The notes beneath the pieces are model-generated. The model did not search any database. It saw nothing but the letters and a program-made list of their open reading frames with translations, and was not told the origin of the DNA. Positions 20,009-30,626 of a stretch of DNA of 64,000 nucleotides are shown here, piece by piece. How positions within the stretch are numbered: position 1 is the first letter of the stretch; every line of letters begins with the position of its first letter. The position numbers and the translations under genes are program-made. The stretch spans positions 124,001 through 188,000 of the IMG/VR virus record IMGVR_UViG_3300023184_000026; one strand, written 5' to 3'.

Positions 20009-21652
20009 ATGGGCGGAGACTCAAAGCTTTTTATAAACTGGTCTGAAACCAACAAGGTACAAACCAAATATGGTTCCAAGTGGATGAGGTATTGGGTCAT
20101 ACCAAAAGATTATCTAGAAGGCTTTTTTGTATTTTGGAACAGCAACAAAATAAAACTAAAAGCACAAGGTTATAGCATAAGTAAAAATAAACTGGGTCAA
20201 TGGACACTCAATGAATGGCAAACAAACAAAGCAGATTTCAGAGAAGACTTTGGCAGAGACAACAAAGTTGAACCATTAATTATACAAAAAGAAAGCACAC
20301 TTCAATCATACACTGTAAAAAATATCAAAGGATTGAAAGAATTCCAAATACCAAGTGTAGCTAAATTATGTGCTGCTATACTAAAAAACAAAGCGGCACT
20401 GGATGGCAGTGATACAGGTGCTGGAAAAACATATACAGCGGTTGGTGTAGCAAGAGAACTTAATATGGGCATAGCTGTAGTATGCCCTAAAGCTGTTATA
20501 TATTCATGGAACAAAGTAATCAAGGACCATTTTGGCATGAAGCCAGAATTTGTTCTAAATTATGAGTCTGTTAAAACTGGTAAATATAAAGATATTGGAG
20601 TATGGAAGTCTGTGAGTAAAATAAGCACCCGAGAGTTTTTTCAATGGAATATTCCAAAGAACACTCTTATTATATTTGATGAAAGTCATAGACTAAAAGG
20701 TCATGGCACTCAAAATAGTGAAATTGCAATTGCAGCCAAGAAACAAGGTTATAAAATATTATGTTGTAGTGCCACCAATGCAATAAATCCCATAGAACTA
20801 AAATGTGTGGGACTCATTACAGGATTGTATAAAACAGGCAAGTGGTTGGCTTTTTTACGAGATCATGGATGTGAACAAGGAAGATTTGGTTGGGAATTTA
20901 GCGGCGACAAAGATGTGTTAAAAAAATTACACGCCGATTTATTTTTGGACAGAGGAGTAAGAGTAAGACGCGACGACATCAAAGGATTTCCAGACAGTGA
21001 AGTTATTGCTGAAGCATATAACATAGATGAAAAGTCACAGAAAGAGTTGAAAGAAGTGTATGAAGAAATGGAAAAGGAACTGAAGTATCTACAAGCTCAA
21101 TGCAAGAACACCAAAGAGTATCAAATAAATAGTATGGTGATCATGTTGAGGGCGCGACAACAAGCCGAACTGATCAAAGTACCATTGTTTGTGGAAATGG
21201 TAGAAGATGCATTAGAAGATGGTATGAGTGTTGTTATATTTGTCAATTTTAGTGAAACTGTAAGAGCACTGTCAAAAAGATTAAACACAAATTGTGTTGT
21301 GTGGGGAGAAAATAAGGGAAATGAACGCGATGTTCATATAGCAGATTTTCAAGCAGACAAAAAGAGAGTTATTATAGTCAATATCAAAGCGGGTGGTGCT
21401 GGTCTAAGTTTACATGACCTAAATGGAAACTATCCAAGAATATCTTTAATCAGTCCAACACCTTCTGCTGTTGACTTGCGTCAAGCTCTTGGTAGAGTAT
21501 GGAGAGATGGAGGCAAAACCAAATCACTACAAAAAATAATCTTCGCAGCCAACACGGTTGAAGAAGAAGTGTGTGAAAAGGTCAAATTAAAATTAAGTGC
21601 TTTGGACACTATAAATGATGGCGATGTATCAATCGGAACAGATTTTAACTAA
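20009..21652 (+). CDS. SF2 (SNF2/DEAH-like) helicase
   Basis: GSDTGAGKT, IFDESH, CSAT, KAGGAGLSL, QALGRVWR. Confidence 0.9.
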   Translation: MGGDSKLFINWSETNKVQTKYGSKWMRYWVIPKDYLEGFFVFWNSNKIKLKAQGYSISKNKLGQWTLNEWQTNKADFREDFGRDNKVEPLIIQKESTLQSYTVKNIKGLKEFQIPSVAKLCAAILKNKAALDGSDTGAGKTYTAVGVARELNMGIAVVCPKAVIYSWNKVIKDHFGMKPEFVLNYESVKTGKYKDIGVWKSVSKISTREFFQWNIPKNTLIIFDESHRLKGHGTQNSEIAIAAKKQGYKILCCSATNAINPIELKCVGLITGLYKTGKWLAFLRDHGCEQGRFGWEFSGDKDVLKKLHADLFLDRGVRVRRDDIKGFPDSEVIAEAYNIDEKSQKELKEVYEEMEKELKYLQAQCKNTKEYQINSMVIMLRARQQAELIKVPLFVEMVEDALEDGMSVVIFVNFSETVRALSKRLNTNCVVWGENKGNERDVHIADFQADKKRVIIVNIKAGGAGLSLHDLNGNYPRISLISPTPSAVDLRQALGRVWRDGGKTKSLQKIIFAANTVEEEVCEKVKLKLSALDTINDGDVSIGTDFN

Positions 21653-21657
21653 TATAT

Positions 21658-22005
21658 ATGAATAAGATGAGTAAAATAAAAATGTTGAGTTTTTATGTAG
21701 AAGGACCAGATTGGGGACATACTGTATTCCTCAATCCTGAGTTATTTGACGACGAACGATCCCAAATTTTTGAAGCCGCAACTCTTGCTGTAGAAAAACA
21801 AATGAAAGAGTCTGACGAACTTAATCTCGGCCCAATATTGTTGGTGCGAAAAAGCAAAGCTGCCAAGAAAGAAGCAATGGTTAATGCTTTCTTATGCTTG
21901 GTTAATATTGGTCAATATGTATTGGCCGAAAATCTAAGAGAAAACTTTAAGAAAAGTTCAGGTCAAGATTTGTCACAAGACAAAAATGGATATTCATACG
22001 AATGA
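21658..22005 (+). CDS. hypothetical protein
   Basis: ORF tiles with neighbours. Confidence 0.6.
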   Translation: MNKMSKIKMLSFYVEGPDWGHTVFLNPELFDDERSQIFEAATLAVEKQMKESDELNLGPILLVRKSKAAKKEAMVNAFLCLVNIGQYVLAENLRENFKKSSGQDLSQDKNGYSYE

Positions 22006-22262
22006 CAAAAACACAAGCACAACGATTGATGATAGACCTTGGCAAGAATCTCATACATGATGATTATTGCGAGGATTTGTATATTAGCATAAACAACATA
22101 GGAACAAAGACATTCAAGAATTGTGCTTATTATGAGTGTGAAGGATACACTTTTATCTGGACAATTGAAGAAAATTTTTTAATCAGTAAAAAAGAGATGA
22201 ATAATTTTGTGCTCATACCAAAGAACACAGAAACAATGGTAAATCTAAAGAAGGTTACATAA
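22002..22262 (+). CDS. hypothetical protein
   Basis: ATGA-coupled ORF. Confidence 0.6.
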   Translation: MTKTQAQRLMIDLGKNLIHDDYCEDLYISINNIGTKTFKNCAYYECEGYTFIWTIEENFLISKKEMNNFVLIPKNTETMVNLKKVT

Positions 22263-22266
22263 ACAT

Positions 22267-22872
22267 ATGCTACTAAACGGAAGACCAAAAAGAATGTTGC
22301 TGGAAAGTGAAATCCTAGCAGCACAAAGTATCAGCAAGACCGAGGCAGATGTTGCTAGAAAATTGGGTGTGTCATTTATGACATATCGCAAATATGCCAA
22401 GATGTATGGATTGTATGGTAGGGTCTCCAATGCTGCTGGTAAGGGAATAAGCAAACCAATAAAGAACGAAGATAGTGGTAAGTATCCACTGAATCAAATA
22501 CTAGAAAACAAGTTTCCAAAGTATAGCACAACTCGTCTCAAGGCTCGTCTCATTCGCAGCAATAGAATCGAACAAAAGTGCAACAAGTGCAACTTCAACG
22601 AACGCAGAATATCTGACAGCATAGTACCATTGCTATTGAATTATATTGACGCCAATACTAAAAATAAAAAACGCGAAAATCTTGAACTATTGTGTTACAA
22701 TTGCTATTTTTTATATATAAACAATCCATTTGGATGTAAAAAGACATTTAAAATTTCATCAGATGATGCAACGCAATTGGAAAAAGCACCTGAATTATCG
22801 GAGCAAGACCTTGATGCCTTGAAGATCCAAGTTCATGAAGAAATAAAGAACGAAAACACACAAAATTTATGA
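22267..22872 (+). CDS. HTH plus degenerate HNH/Zn-finger protein
   Basis: ADVARKLGVSFMTY helix-turn-helix; CNKC...LNYIDAN..NKKRENLELLCYNC. Confidence 0.65.
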   Translation: MLLNGRPKRMLLESEILAAQSISKTEADVARKLGVSFMTYRKYAKMYGLYGRVSNAAGKGISKPIKNEDSGKYPLNQILENKFPKYSTTRLKARLIRSNRIEQKCNKCNFNERRISDSIVPLLLNYIDANTKNKKRENLELLCYNCYFLYINNPFGCKKTFKISSDDATQLEKAPELSEQDLDALKIQVHEEIKNENTQNL

Positions 22873-23171
22873 GTGATGATAATTCAAATCAACAAATTCG
22901 TATAGATCCAAATGAAGAAATAACGGAAGAAAAAAAGATTATATTGTTAAATCAATGGAAAGATAAAGTCCAAAACGAAGTGATAGAATACGAATCCCAA
23001 AAAGACAAGATTTTTCAATTTTATAAAAAGAAACGAGAAAAATTCGACAAGATACTGGGTGTGCAGATGAAAAAAATTAAAAAAATTGAAATGTCTGCCA
23101 ATTCTCGTAAAAAAGTTCTGGCGGAAATTGTTAAAGAGATAGAAAACTTGTCAAAACTTCCACCTTCGTAG
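22869..23171 (+). CDS. hypothetical coiled-coil protein
   Basis: ATGA-coupled; charged helical composition. Confidence 0.6.
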   Translation: MSDDNSNQQIRIDPNEEITEEKKIILLNQWKDKVQNEVIEYESQKDKIFQFYKKKREKFDKILGVQMKKIKKIEMSANSRKKVLAEIVKEIENLSKLPPS

Positions 23172-23222
23172 GTTATTGTAAATCAAAGGCGATATTCCAT
23201 TATATATGAGATTTGAAATAAT

Positions 23223-23483
23223 ATGAAAAAAGATAACGAGTTACATTTAACATGTTCATGTCATACGCATGAACTGCATATTGAAAAAGATCATGAGGAT
23301 GATATGTGGTATGTTTCATTTTGGCAGCGTGGTTATACAACAGACACTGGTTGGAGATATAAACTAAAAAATATATGGTATATATTGAAACATGGCAGAC
23401 CATATGGAGATGAAGTTATACTTGAAAATAAAGATCTAATAGAATTGAAACAATATATTGATGAACAATTAGTGAAAAAGTGA
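23223..23483 (+). CDS. hypothetical protein
   Basis: LTCSCHTHEL motif; tiles with neighbours. Confidence 0.6.
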   Translation: MKKDNELHLTCSCHTHELHIEKDHEDDMWYVSFWQRGYTTDTGWRYKLKNIWYILKHGRPYGDEVILENKDLIELKQYIDEQLVKK

Positions 23484-23534
23484 CAGCGTATTGATAGTCT
23501 CTTATATTTATAATATATCAAATTATTATAACCT

Positions 23535-26500
23535 ATGAGAAATATATTTAGTCAATTCGATCAATCCAGCCCAGAAGGCGTTGTAAAAGCCCCACGCGGC
23601 GCAAAATTCTGTAGAAATGGTGATGATTTCTTCCTTGATGTTCGAGGAAACTTGCAGAAATTGAATATTTCAAAGAAGGCATTTGTTTATGGATCATATA
23701 TAAATGCGGGATTTACAACTCTAAAAGAAGAATATATCTCGTTTTCAAAACCAAGCGAAACATGGATCAAGCGAGGTGAGGGAAACAATAAAATAGGCTG
23801 GGTCAGCGTTGGATCATACAATTTATTTACAAGAGTTGTTGCAAATAATGTTCCTATATTATTGGAAAATATCATTGGTGCTTGGGCTGGCTATTATAGC
23901 AGTTATATACTAAACACAAGCAATGAACTATGGTCCGTTGGATATAACGATGATGGACAACTGGGAATTGGAAATACCGATTATCGTGGATCTGCAAGTT
24001 TGTCTTTGACAGATGTAAAACTCGCGGCATCAAGTTGTGAAGGATATTTTGCTGGCGCAGTAAAGAATGATAATACTCTTTGGTTCACTGGAAACGGTGC
24101 AAACGGAACATTTGGTAATGGCGGATACAGCAGTTATGATACATGGACAGAAACAGTACTTGAAGGTGATATCACAGGTTCTGGAGCAATAACAAATCTT
24201 GTAACTGGCGAAAATTACAGTGCATTGCTTATGGAAGATGATACATTGTGGGTATCAACCGATGAAATATTTGGACTATCAGCAACCACATTTACTCAAA
24301 TAACAAGCAGTATTAAATCTATTTCTGGTGGCGGCTATCACCTATTGTTTGTCAAGAATGATAATACATTGTGGGGCATTGGAAATAATTATCATTATCA
24401 ATTGGGCACTGAGGCAAGTTCTTCATTTGATTGGGACAATCCATACCAAATTGCATCAAATGTAGCATCATGCGCAGCAATGGGATATCACAGTGCATAT
24501 ATTGATACCGATGGTAAACTATTTACATTTGGTAATAACGGCAATGGACAACTTGGTACATCATATGGATATGATGACTTTGATGTGTCTGAACCACAAC
24601 TGATTGACACAGATGTAAAGTTTGTTGGTGGTGGTGACGATTTTACATACTATATAAAGAATGATGGAACATTGTATGGTATGGGCAACGACAACGATGG
24701 ACAATTGTCCAATAAATTCTATAATGATGTCATTGAACCAATATTGATTGACACAGATGTAACATACGCAGTGGGTGGAAATGAACATGGACTATATATC
24801 AAATCAGATAAAACATTATACGGAATGGGATACAACTATCAATGGCAATTGGGCAAATATGCACTTCCATTCAGTATGTATTATACAGACGCAACAGGAT
24901 GGACCACAGAAGGCACAGATGAATTTATCTTCACGGATAGTTATGGTACGGATGAAATTTACTGGCGCGATGTTATTTATGCAGATGGTAAATTCATTGC
25001 TGGTGGCGGCGAAGGAAATACTCAAATAAAATATTCTTCAAATGGTAAAAATTGGTCAAGTGGTTCTATTACAAATGTAGAAGGTGGAATTTCTGGTATT
25101 GCATATAACGGAACTAATACATATGTCGCTGTTTCAAGTGTATCAAATGGATACAACGACGGCAGACCAGAAGCATTCACATCAAGTGATGGTATTACTT
25201 GGACAACAGGTTCTTTGAACAACACAAACTATGACGAACTAAATCGAGTAAGATATGTCAACGGAAAATTCATTGCTGTTGGCGAAGACAGAATAGTAAC
25301 ATCGTCAAATGGAACAGATTGGGCAGAACAAACTGGATCATTTTCATCATACAACACAAGCGTTGCATATGGCAATGGAAAGTATGTAATATCGACTAAT
25401 GGGGGGACTTATAACAGTTACGATGAAAGAAATACATTCACACAAACATTTGATAATAACACCGCAAGTTATGTATCAGCTGGGGAGGATCATGTTTTAG
25501 TTATAAAAGATGATACATTATATGGTGTTGGCAGAAATGGCGATGGTCAACTTGGAAAAGACAGTTCGTTGGGAGAATTCATAAAGTTTGTTCCAATAGT
25601 GTCTAATGTTAGAAATGTAGCATCTGGTCGAGATCACGTAACCTTTGTAAAAAATGACAATACATTGTGGGGTATGGGAGATAATTATGAAGGACAACTT
25701 GGAGACGGAACTCGTGTCGAAAGATACTCGCCTGTTCAAATAGACACAAATGTATCACAATCATTCTGCTCATCAGAAAATGGAAGTTGTACAGCATATA
25801 TTAAGAACGACAACACCTTATGGGGTATGGGATATAACGGATATGGTCAACTAACTGGGTCTGTTATTGGTACATATGTAACAACATCAATTCAATTGGA
25901 CACAAATATTGTACAAGCGGCAATTAGCGACAATCATATATTGTATATCAAGAGCAACGGAAATTTATATGGAATTGGATATAACAACTATGGACAACTT
26001 GGAACTGGTGACACTAATGCACGTACATCATCATATCTTATAGACACAAATGTTGTATCTTGCGCTGTATCCGACTATACCTCATACTATATCAAAAATG
26101 ATAATACATTATATGGCATGGGATATAACAGCGACGGTCAACTTGGAATTGGTGCAAATTATAGCAATCAAATCACCGCAAGCATGATTACCGGAAGCGT
26201 AAAGCAAGTTTCTGCTACAAATGACAATGCATTGTTTGTTGCACTAGACGGCACATTATATGGCATGGGATATAATGGATATGGACAACTTGGAACTGGT
26301 GATTATACAAGTTATGATGTTCCAACTATATCAACCACGGATGTAAGCAAAGTATCTTGTGGAGAAGACTTCACATATATCATCAAAAATGATGGAACTG
26401 TGCTGGCTACTGGTGACAATAACTATAATGTTTTGGGTATTACAAACACAGCTGACAAAGTAATGTACTCAACTGATGCAACCACTTGGCACACAGCTTC

Positions 26501-26867
26501 AGTACCGGATTATTATTATAACGATGTTGCATTTGGAAACAACAAATTTGTTATGGTGTCGGATGATGACAGTTTTATTGTATCTTCTACAGACGCCATC
26601 AATTGGACAAGTAGTTATGTAACAACAAGTTCTTATGTATCGTTGAGTAAAGTGATATATGACGGAACCAAGTTTGTGGCAAGTAGTTATTACACAGACG
26701 ATGGATATAATATCTTTACATCCGCCGACGCTGTAAATTGGACGGCTTCAACGACTGGATATAACCAGAATTGGGGAGCACTTGCATATGGCGATGGAAA
26801 ATATGTATTGTTGTCTGGTGGATGGCAAAATGATGTAAATCCAAAAGTAAAACTGAATATCGGCTAA
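23535..26867 (+). CDS. RCC1-repeat/BNR-repeat beta-propeller protein, probable virion surface or adhesin protein
   Basis: Many LYGMGYNxxGQLG RCC1 units interrupted by SSDGITWT/IAYNG-type units; preceded by TATTTATA. Confidence 0.8.
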   Translation: MRNIFSQFDQSSPEGVVKAPRGAKFCRNGDDFFLDVRGNLQKLNISKKAFVYGSYINAGFTTLKEEYISFSKPSETWIKRGEGNNKIGWVSVGSYNLFTRVVANNVPILLENIIGAWAGYYSSYILNTSNELWSVGYNDDGQLGIGNTDYRGSASLSLTDVKLAASSCEGYFAGAVKNDNTLWFTGNGANGTFGNGGYSSYDTWTETVLEGDITGSGAITNLVTGENYSALLMEDDTLWVSTDEIFGLSATTFTQITSSIKSISGGGYHLLFVKNDNTLWGIGNNYHYQLGTEASSSFDWDNPYQIASNVASCAAMGYHSAYIDTDGKLFTFGNNGNGQLGTSYGYDDFDVSEPQLIDTDVKFVGGGDDFTYYIKNDGTLYGMGNDNDGQLSNKFYNDVIEPILIDTDVTYAVGGNEHGLYIKSDKTLYGMGYNYQWQLGKYALPFSMYYTDATGWTTEGTDEFIFTDSYGTDEIYWRDVIYADGKFIAGGGEGNTQIKYSSNGKNWSSGSITNVEGGISGIAYNGTNTYVAVSSVSNGYNDGRPEAFTSSDGITWTTGSLNNTNYDELNRVRYVNGKFIAVGEDRIVTSSNGTDWAEQTGSFSSYNTSVAYGNGKYVISTNGGTYNSYDERNTFTQTFDNNTASYVSAGEDHVLVIKDDTLYGVGRNGDGQLGKDSSLGEFIKFVPIVSNVRNVASGRDHVTFVKNDNTLWGMGDNYEGQLGDGTRVERYSPVQIDTNVSQSFCSSENGSCTAYIKNDNTLWGMGYNGYGQLTGSVIGTYVTTSIQLDTNIVQAAISDNHILYIKSNGNLYGIGYNNYGQLGTGDTNARTSSYLIDTNVVSCAVSDYTSYYIKNDNTLYGMGYNSDGQLGIGANYSNQITASMITGSVKQVSATNDNALFVALDGTLYGMGYNGYGQLGTGDYTSYDVPTISTTDVSKVSCGEDFTYIIKNDGTVLATGDNNYNVLGITNTADKVMYSTDATTWHTASVPDYYYNDVAFGNNKFVMVSDDDSFIVSSTDAINWTSSYVTTSSYVSLSKVIYDGTKFVASSYYTDDGYNIFTSADAVNWTASTTGYNQNWGALAYGDGKYVLLSGGWQNDVNPKVKLNIG

Positions 26868-26887
26868 ACTCTTAAAAATAATAAATT

Positions 26888-27286
26888 ATGAAACTAGAAA
26901 CAACACCAAAAGTAGAATGGAACAAGGCTCCATATAGCCCAGACAACAAAATCTCTAAAGAAGTGCGAAATGCATTATTCAAGAGATTTGAAGTTGCTGT
27001 ATGTAATATAAGAGACACAAATGTATTTGATGATCTTAAACTTGAAGATGGTTGGATAATCAAGTCTAAATCAGATGTTGTGTTTGTGCTCAACGCCGAC
27101 AAGAATGAAGATATAACAGAAAATGCAAATCTAAAAGGTAAAGAGTTTGATGCTGGAAAGATTGGTGCTAGATTGCGTAAAGCACGCGATGCTGGATATG
27201 ATTTGGAAAAATACTCAGAACTGTTAAATGTTGAAGGACTGTCAATTGATCCAAGCACAGGAAAAATAACATACAAAGTGATATAA
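26888..27286 (+). CDS. hypothetical protein
   Basis: ORF tiles with neighbours. Confidence 0.6.
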   Translation: MKLETTPKVEWNKAPYSPDNKISKEVRNALFKRFEVAVCNIRDTNVFDDLKLEDGWIIKSKSDVVFVLNADKNEDITENANLKGKEFDAGKIGARLRKARDAGYDLEKYSELLNVEGLSIDPSTGKITYKVI

Positions 27287-27289
27287 TCC

Positions 27290-27318
27290 TTGACATTCTA
27301 TAAAAAGTAGAACAATGT
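27290..27318 (+). promoter_or_regulatory. sigma70-like early promoter with TATAAAAAG spacer box
   Basis: TTGACATTCTATAAAAAGTA, identical at 31519 and 52976. Confidence 0.7.
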
Positions 27319-27325
27319 ATAGTTT

Positions 27326-28168
27326 GTGAATAACGAACTCAACATTTCTATTTTTAGCAAGGCACTTTATAGCTCTTGGTGTTATGTACCACAACACAAA
27401 ATCCTTTTTGATTGTGGTGAAGGTGCTGCGACAGCTATTGGTAATAGTCTTGCCAACATAGAATATTTGTTCCTCACCCATAATCACGGTGATCATACTC
27501 TTGGACTGCCTTCTGTTGTTGGTTGCCGCAACTCTGGTCGCGGCATTTCTCGCAACAAAGACACTCAAGATCACAACAAGCCATTAACTATCTATTATCC
27601 AAAAGATAATACACATCTCAACGCATTGTTTGATTTTGTAATGGGTCGTAACTCAAACTATCTACGCTACAAAATAACATTTGTTCCTATTGAAGCTGGC
27701 TTTGAGTTTGATCTTGGCAACAAGCAATATGTTCGTGCGTTTAACATGAGTCATCAAAAGAATGTAAGCACTCTTGGTTATGTGATTTATGAAAATCGCA
27801 ATCGTCTCAAACCAGAGTTTTTGGGCAAGAACATTCCAGAACTGCTAAAGAATGGATTGAGCAAAGACGCTATCAATGAGTCTTATCGTGCCAATTTGTT
27901 TGCTTATTGTCTTGATGCATACGACATCCCCGATGCAGACCAACTAACTGGTTGCAAGGATGTTATTATGGATTGTACTTTTGTGAATGCAGAAGATCGT
28001 GATGATACTACTCATTTTACTATTGACGAGGCTATTAAAGTATGTAAAGATGCTGGTGTTAAAAAAATGTATGCTGCACACTTATCAGGACGCTATGACT
28101 ATAATGAAGTAGCCAAAAACTATCCAGACATCACATTTATCAACCCTTATAAAGTAAATAATTTATGA
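27326..28168 (+). CDS. rnz: tRNase Z (Thermotoga-type), metallo-beta-lactamase fold
   Basis: SKALYSSW, ILFDCGEG, THNHGDH, RLKPEFLG arm, CTF, HFTIDE, HLSGRY. Confidence 0.82.
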   Translation: MNNELNISIFSKALYSSWCYVPQHKILFDCGEGAATAIGNSLANIEYLFLTHNHGDHTLGLPSVVGCRNSGRGISRNKDTQDHNKPLTIYYPKDNTHLNALFDFVMGRNSNYLRYKITFVPIEAGFEFDLGNKQYVRAFNMSHQKNVSTLGYVIYENRNRLKPEFLGKNIPELLKNGLSKDAINESYRANLFAYCLDAYDIPDADQLTGCKDVIMDCTFVNAEDRDDTTHFTIDEAIKVCKDAGVKKMYAAHLSGRYDYNEVAKNYPDITFINPYKVNNL

Positions 28169-28950
28169 ACAACGATAAAGAACCCACAGAATCTATGAAA
28201 GAAGCCGCTGAAATTTTCAGCAAGCACAATCGTGCTGTAAAAATGCCAGAGACAGACACAACTACATTTCGTCATATGTATTATAACTTCTGCTATTGGT
28301 TGGATGACAACAACCCATTTACACGATATGTATATGTAAAGAGCGCAGATGAATATATGGATATGCCACGTAAAAAGCGTACATATTTATATTTCTGGTA
28401 TCTGGACGCCATCATAAATGATGGGCATACTATTCTTGGTCGCAAGTCTGAACGAGATGCTATTGACAACTTCCACGAATATAATTTTCCTTTTCAATAT
28501 TGGTTGCGTGAAAATGGATTTAGCTTGAAATGCAAGATGGGTAGAGCATATGATTGGCTGCGTTATAAATTGAATCCTCGTCAGAAATGGCTCAAAAAAC
28601 AGATCCCAGATGATTGGAGCGATAAGGTTTGGCTTATTACTGAACTCAATTTTGCTATGGTTGTTCATTTTGTTGATGGTGAAAAATGCTTTGACAACAC
28701 TGACTATGAAGCATCTGGTGAAAATCATGCAAAGTTTGCCAACGAGTTGAAGGACTGCTATGACTATATCAAAAACCGCCGCCCAGTTTTGCAAAAGCAG
28801 CACTCCGAGTCATATCCAGACGAAGAAACGAAGACTGGTGTATATGCAGTTGATTATGCTGAACTCAATCGGTTAGAAGTGCTCATCAGCAAAGAAGATA
28901 CAAAATATTTGGTTTGGATTGTGACCAACCGTGATTTCTTTTGGACTTAA
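28165..28950 (+). CDS. hypothetical protein
   Basis: ATGA-coupled 261-aa ORF. Confidence 0.65.
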   Translation: MNNDKEPTESMKEAAEIFSKHNRAVKMPETDTTTFRHMYYNFCYWLDDNNPFTRYVYVKSADEYMDMPRKKRTYLYFWYLDAIINDGHTILGRKSERDAIDNFHEYNFPFQYWLRENGFSLKCKMGRAYDWLRYKLNPRQKWLKKQIPDDWSDKVWLITELNFAMVVHFVDGEKCFDNTDYEASGENHAKFANELKDCYDYIKNRRPVLQKQHSESYPDEETKTGVYAVDYAELNRLEVLISKEDTKYLVWIVTNRDFFWT

Positions 28951-28959
28951 AATAAATTT

Positions 28960-29280
28960 ATGAACAACGATATTAAAGTAAAACTATGCCAAGATGACTT
29001 CTATCTTATGATGCGCAATGCTGTGCTACAAGCCGGTGGTGGTGATAATCTACCAAAGTGGAAGGGTATGAAGCTTGAAGAGCTTGTGAATCTTTTTGCT
29101 CAAAATGGAATACGAATAGTTCATATGCCAGAAAAGCATATGGATAATGTCAAGATTGTTTGGGAGTCAACAAAATCAAATACAAGACCTACACCGCCAA
29201 AGAAAAAGCAACTGCTTTGCGACGTTATGAGTAAAAGCGATGATGACTATGAGTGGACCAAAGATGACATGGGTGGCTAA
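28960..29280 (+). CDS. hypothetical protein
   Basis: ORF tiles with neighbours. Confidence 0.6.
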   Translation: MNNDIKVKLCQDDFYLMMRNAVLQAGGGDNLPKWKGMKLEELVNLFAQNGIRIVHMPEKHMDNVKIVWESTKSNTRPTPPKKKQLLCDVMSKSDDDYEWTKDDMGG

Positions 29281-29649
29281 ATGAAACATATCGTCCATAT
29301 GGATGATGTGCATATCAGTAGTTATGCTAATCTTGTGTTGCTGCAACGTTTGTATGCTCAAATGGAGCGCAAGCGTTGGGCAACATCACGCAATGATTTT
29401 CTCAAAGAAGAACTGGAAAATAAAAATAAGTTGATTTGTTTTTATTGTGAAAAAGAATTAAAATATAAATCTTTGTATAGAAACGACCAAGCAACTGTGG
29501 ACCATTATAAAGCAAAGTCCATTGGTGGTGATGCATTTGATCAAAACAATTTTGTGGTGTGCTGCAATGCTTGCAACAAAAAGAAATCAAATATGAATGC
29601 TGACAATTTCATGAATAGCAAATATTTGTGCAACAAGAAAAAGTATTGA
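29281..29649 (+). CDS. HNH endonuclease
   Basis: CFYC...ATVDHYKAKSIGG...NNFVVCCNACNKKK. Confidence 0.85.
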   Translation: MKHIVHMDDVHISSYANLVLLQRLYAQMERKRWATSRNDFLKEELENKNKLICFYCEKELKYKSLYRNDQATVDHYKAKSIGGDAFDQNNFVVCCNACNKKKSNMNADNFMNSKYLCNKKKY

Positions 29650-29681
29650 CTTTTATAGAACATTTGTGATATTGTATATGA

Positions 29682-30587
29682 ATGCGCACATTAGTCATTC
29701 CTGATATTCACAATCGTATCATACGAGCACAATCTATTATAGATAAAGTGCAGCATGATAAACTTGTGCTCACAGGTGATTATTTTGATAATCATGGTGA
29801 AGGTGCATACGCAGCAGAGTATGCTAGAAACACTGCTGTTTGGCTCAAAGAGAAAATTCTTTATAATAGAAAAGCAGTTGCTTTGATTGGAAACCACGAT
29901 AGTTCATATATCTGGAGCGAAAATATACATTTTAGGTGCTCGGGGTATACACAAGCCAAAAGTTTTGCTATAAATGATGTATTGACCAATGAAGATAAAT
30001 CAAAATTTGGTGTATATCATATTGATCAAAATCATGTGTTTAGTCATGCTGGCTTGACCAACAAACTTTGGAAAAAATATTCATTGAAATTTGATGAAAC
30101 AAAGTTTGATTCAAAACTTGAATTTTTTGATCATGTGTTGCGTGAAGAATCAAAAGATGCGCTAGAACAAGCATATCTAAACAACAATGTTGAATTGTTT
30201 GGTGCTGGTTGGGACCGTGGTGGATTTCAACAACATGGTGGCATCAACTGGATTGATTGGAACACATTGGGACCAATCAAAGGTATAAATCAAATTGTTG
30301 GTCACAGCATTCATCGCGTTCCTCAAGTGTTGATACAACACAAACATGGTGGATTCATGAAACAAGATGTAACTGAATATTACGATTTATTGAATGAAAT
30401 AAATAAACTTGACAAACCATTTGACACAGAGTATTTGAGTATCAGTTACAACTTGGACACTCAATCCAATCATTATGCTGTTGTTGAAGATGGTGTTGTG
30501 AATATATACGATTGTAGCAATGATATAAATTTGCGTGACCTAAATAATTATTATATACCAAGTAGCGAACTAAATAGTTCATTTTGA
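29682..30587 (+). CDS. calcineurin-like metallophosphoesterase
   Basis: PDIH, GDYFD, GNHD, SHAG, VGHS. Confidence 0.88.
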   Translation: MRTLVIPDIHNRIIRAQSIIDKVQHDKLVLTGDYFDNHGEGAYAAEYARNTAVWLKEKILYNRKAVALIGNHDSSYIWSENIHFRCSGYTQAKSFAINDVLTNEDKSKFGVYHIDQNHVFSHAGLTNKLWKKYSLKFDETKFDSKLEFFDHVLREESKDALEQAYLNNNVELFGAGWDRGGFQQHGGINWIDWNTLGPIKGINQIVGHSIHRVPQVLIQHKHGGFMKQDVTEYYDLLNEINKLDKPFDTEYLSISYNLDTQSNHYAVVEDGVVNIYDCSNDINLRDLNNYYIPSSELNSSF

Positions 30588-30626
30588 TTTTTATAACAAG
30601 CACAACATATACTTATAAAGTATATC

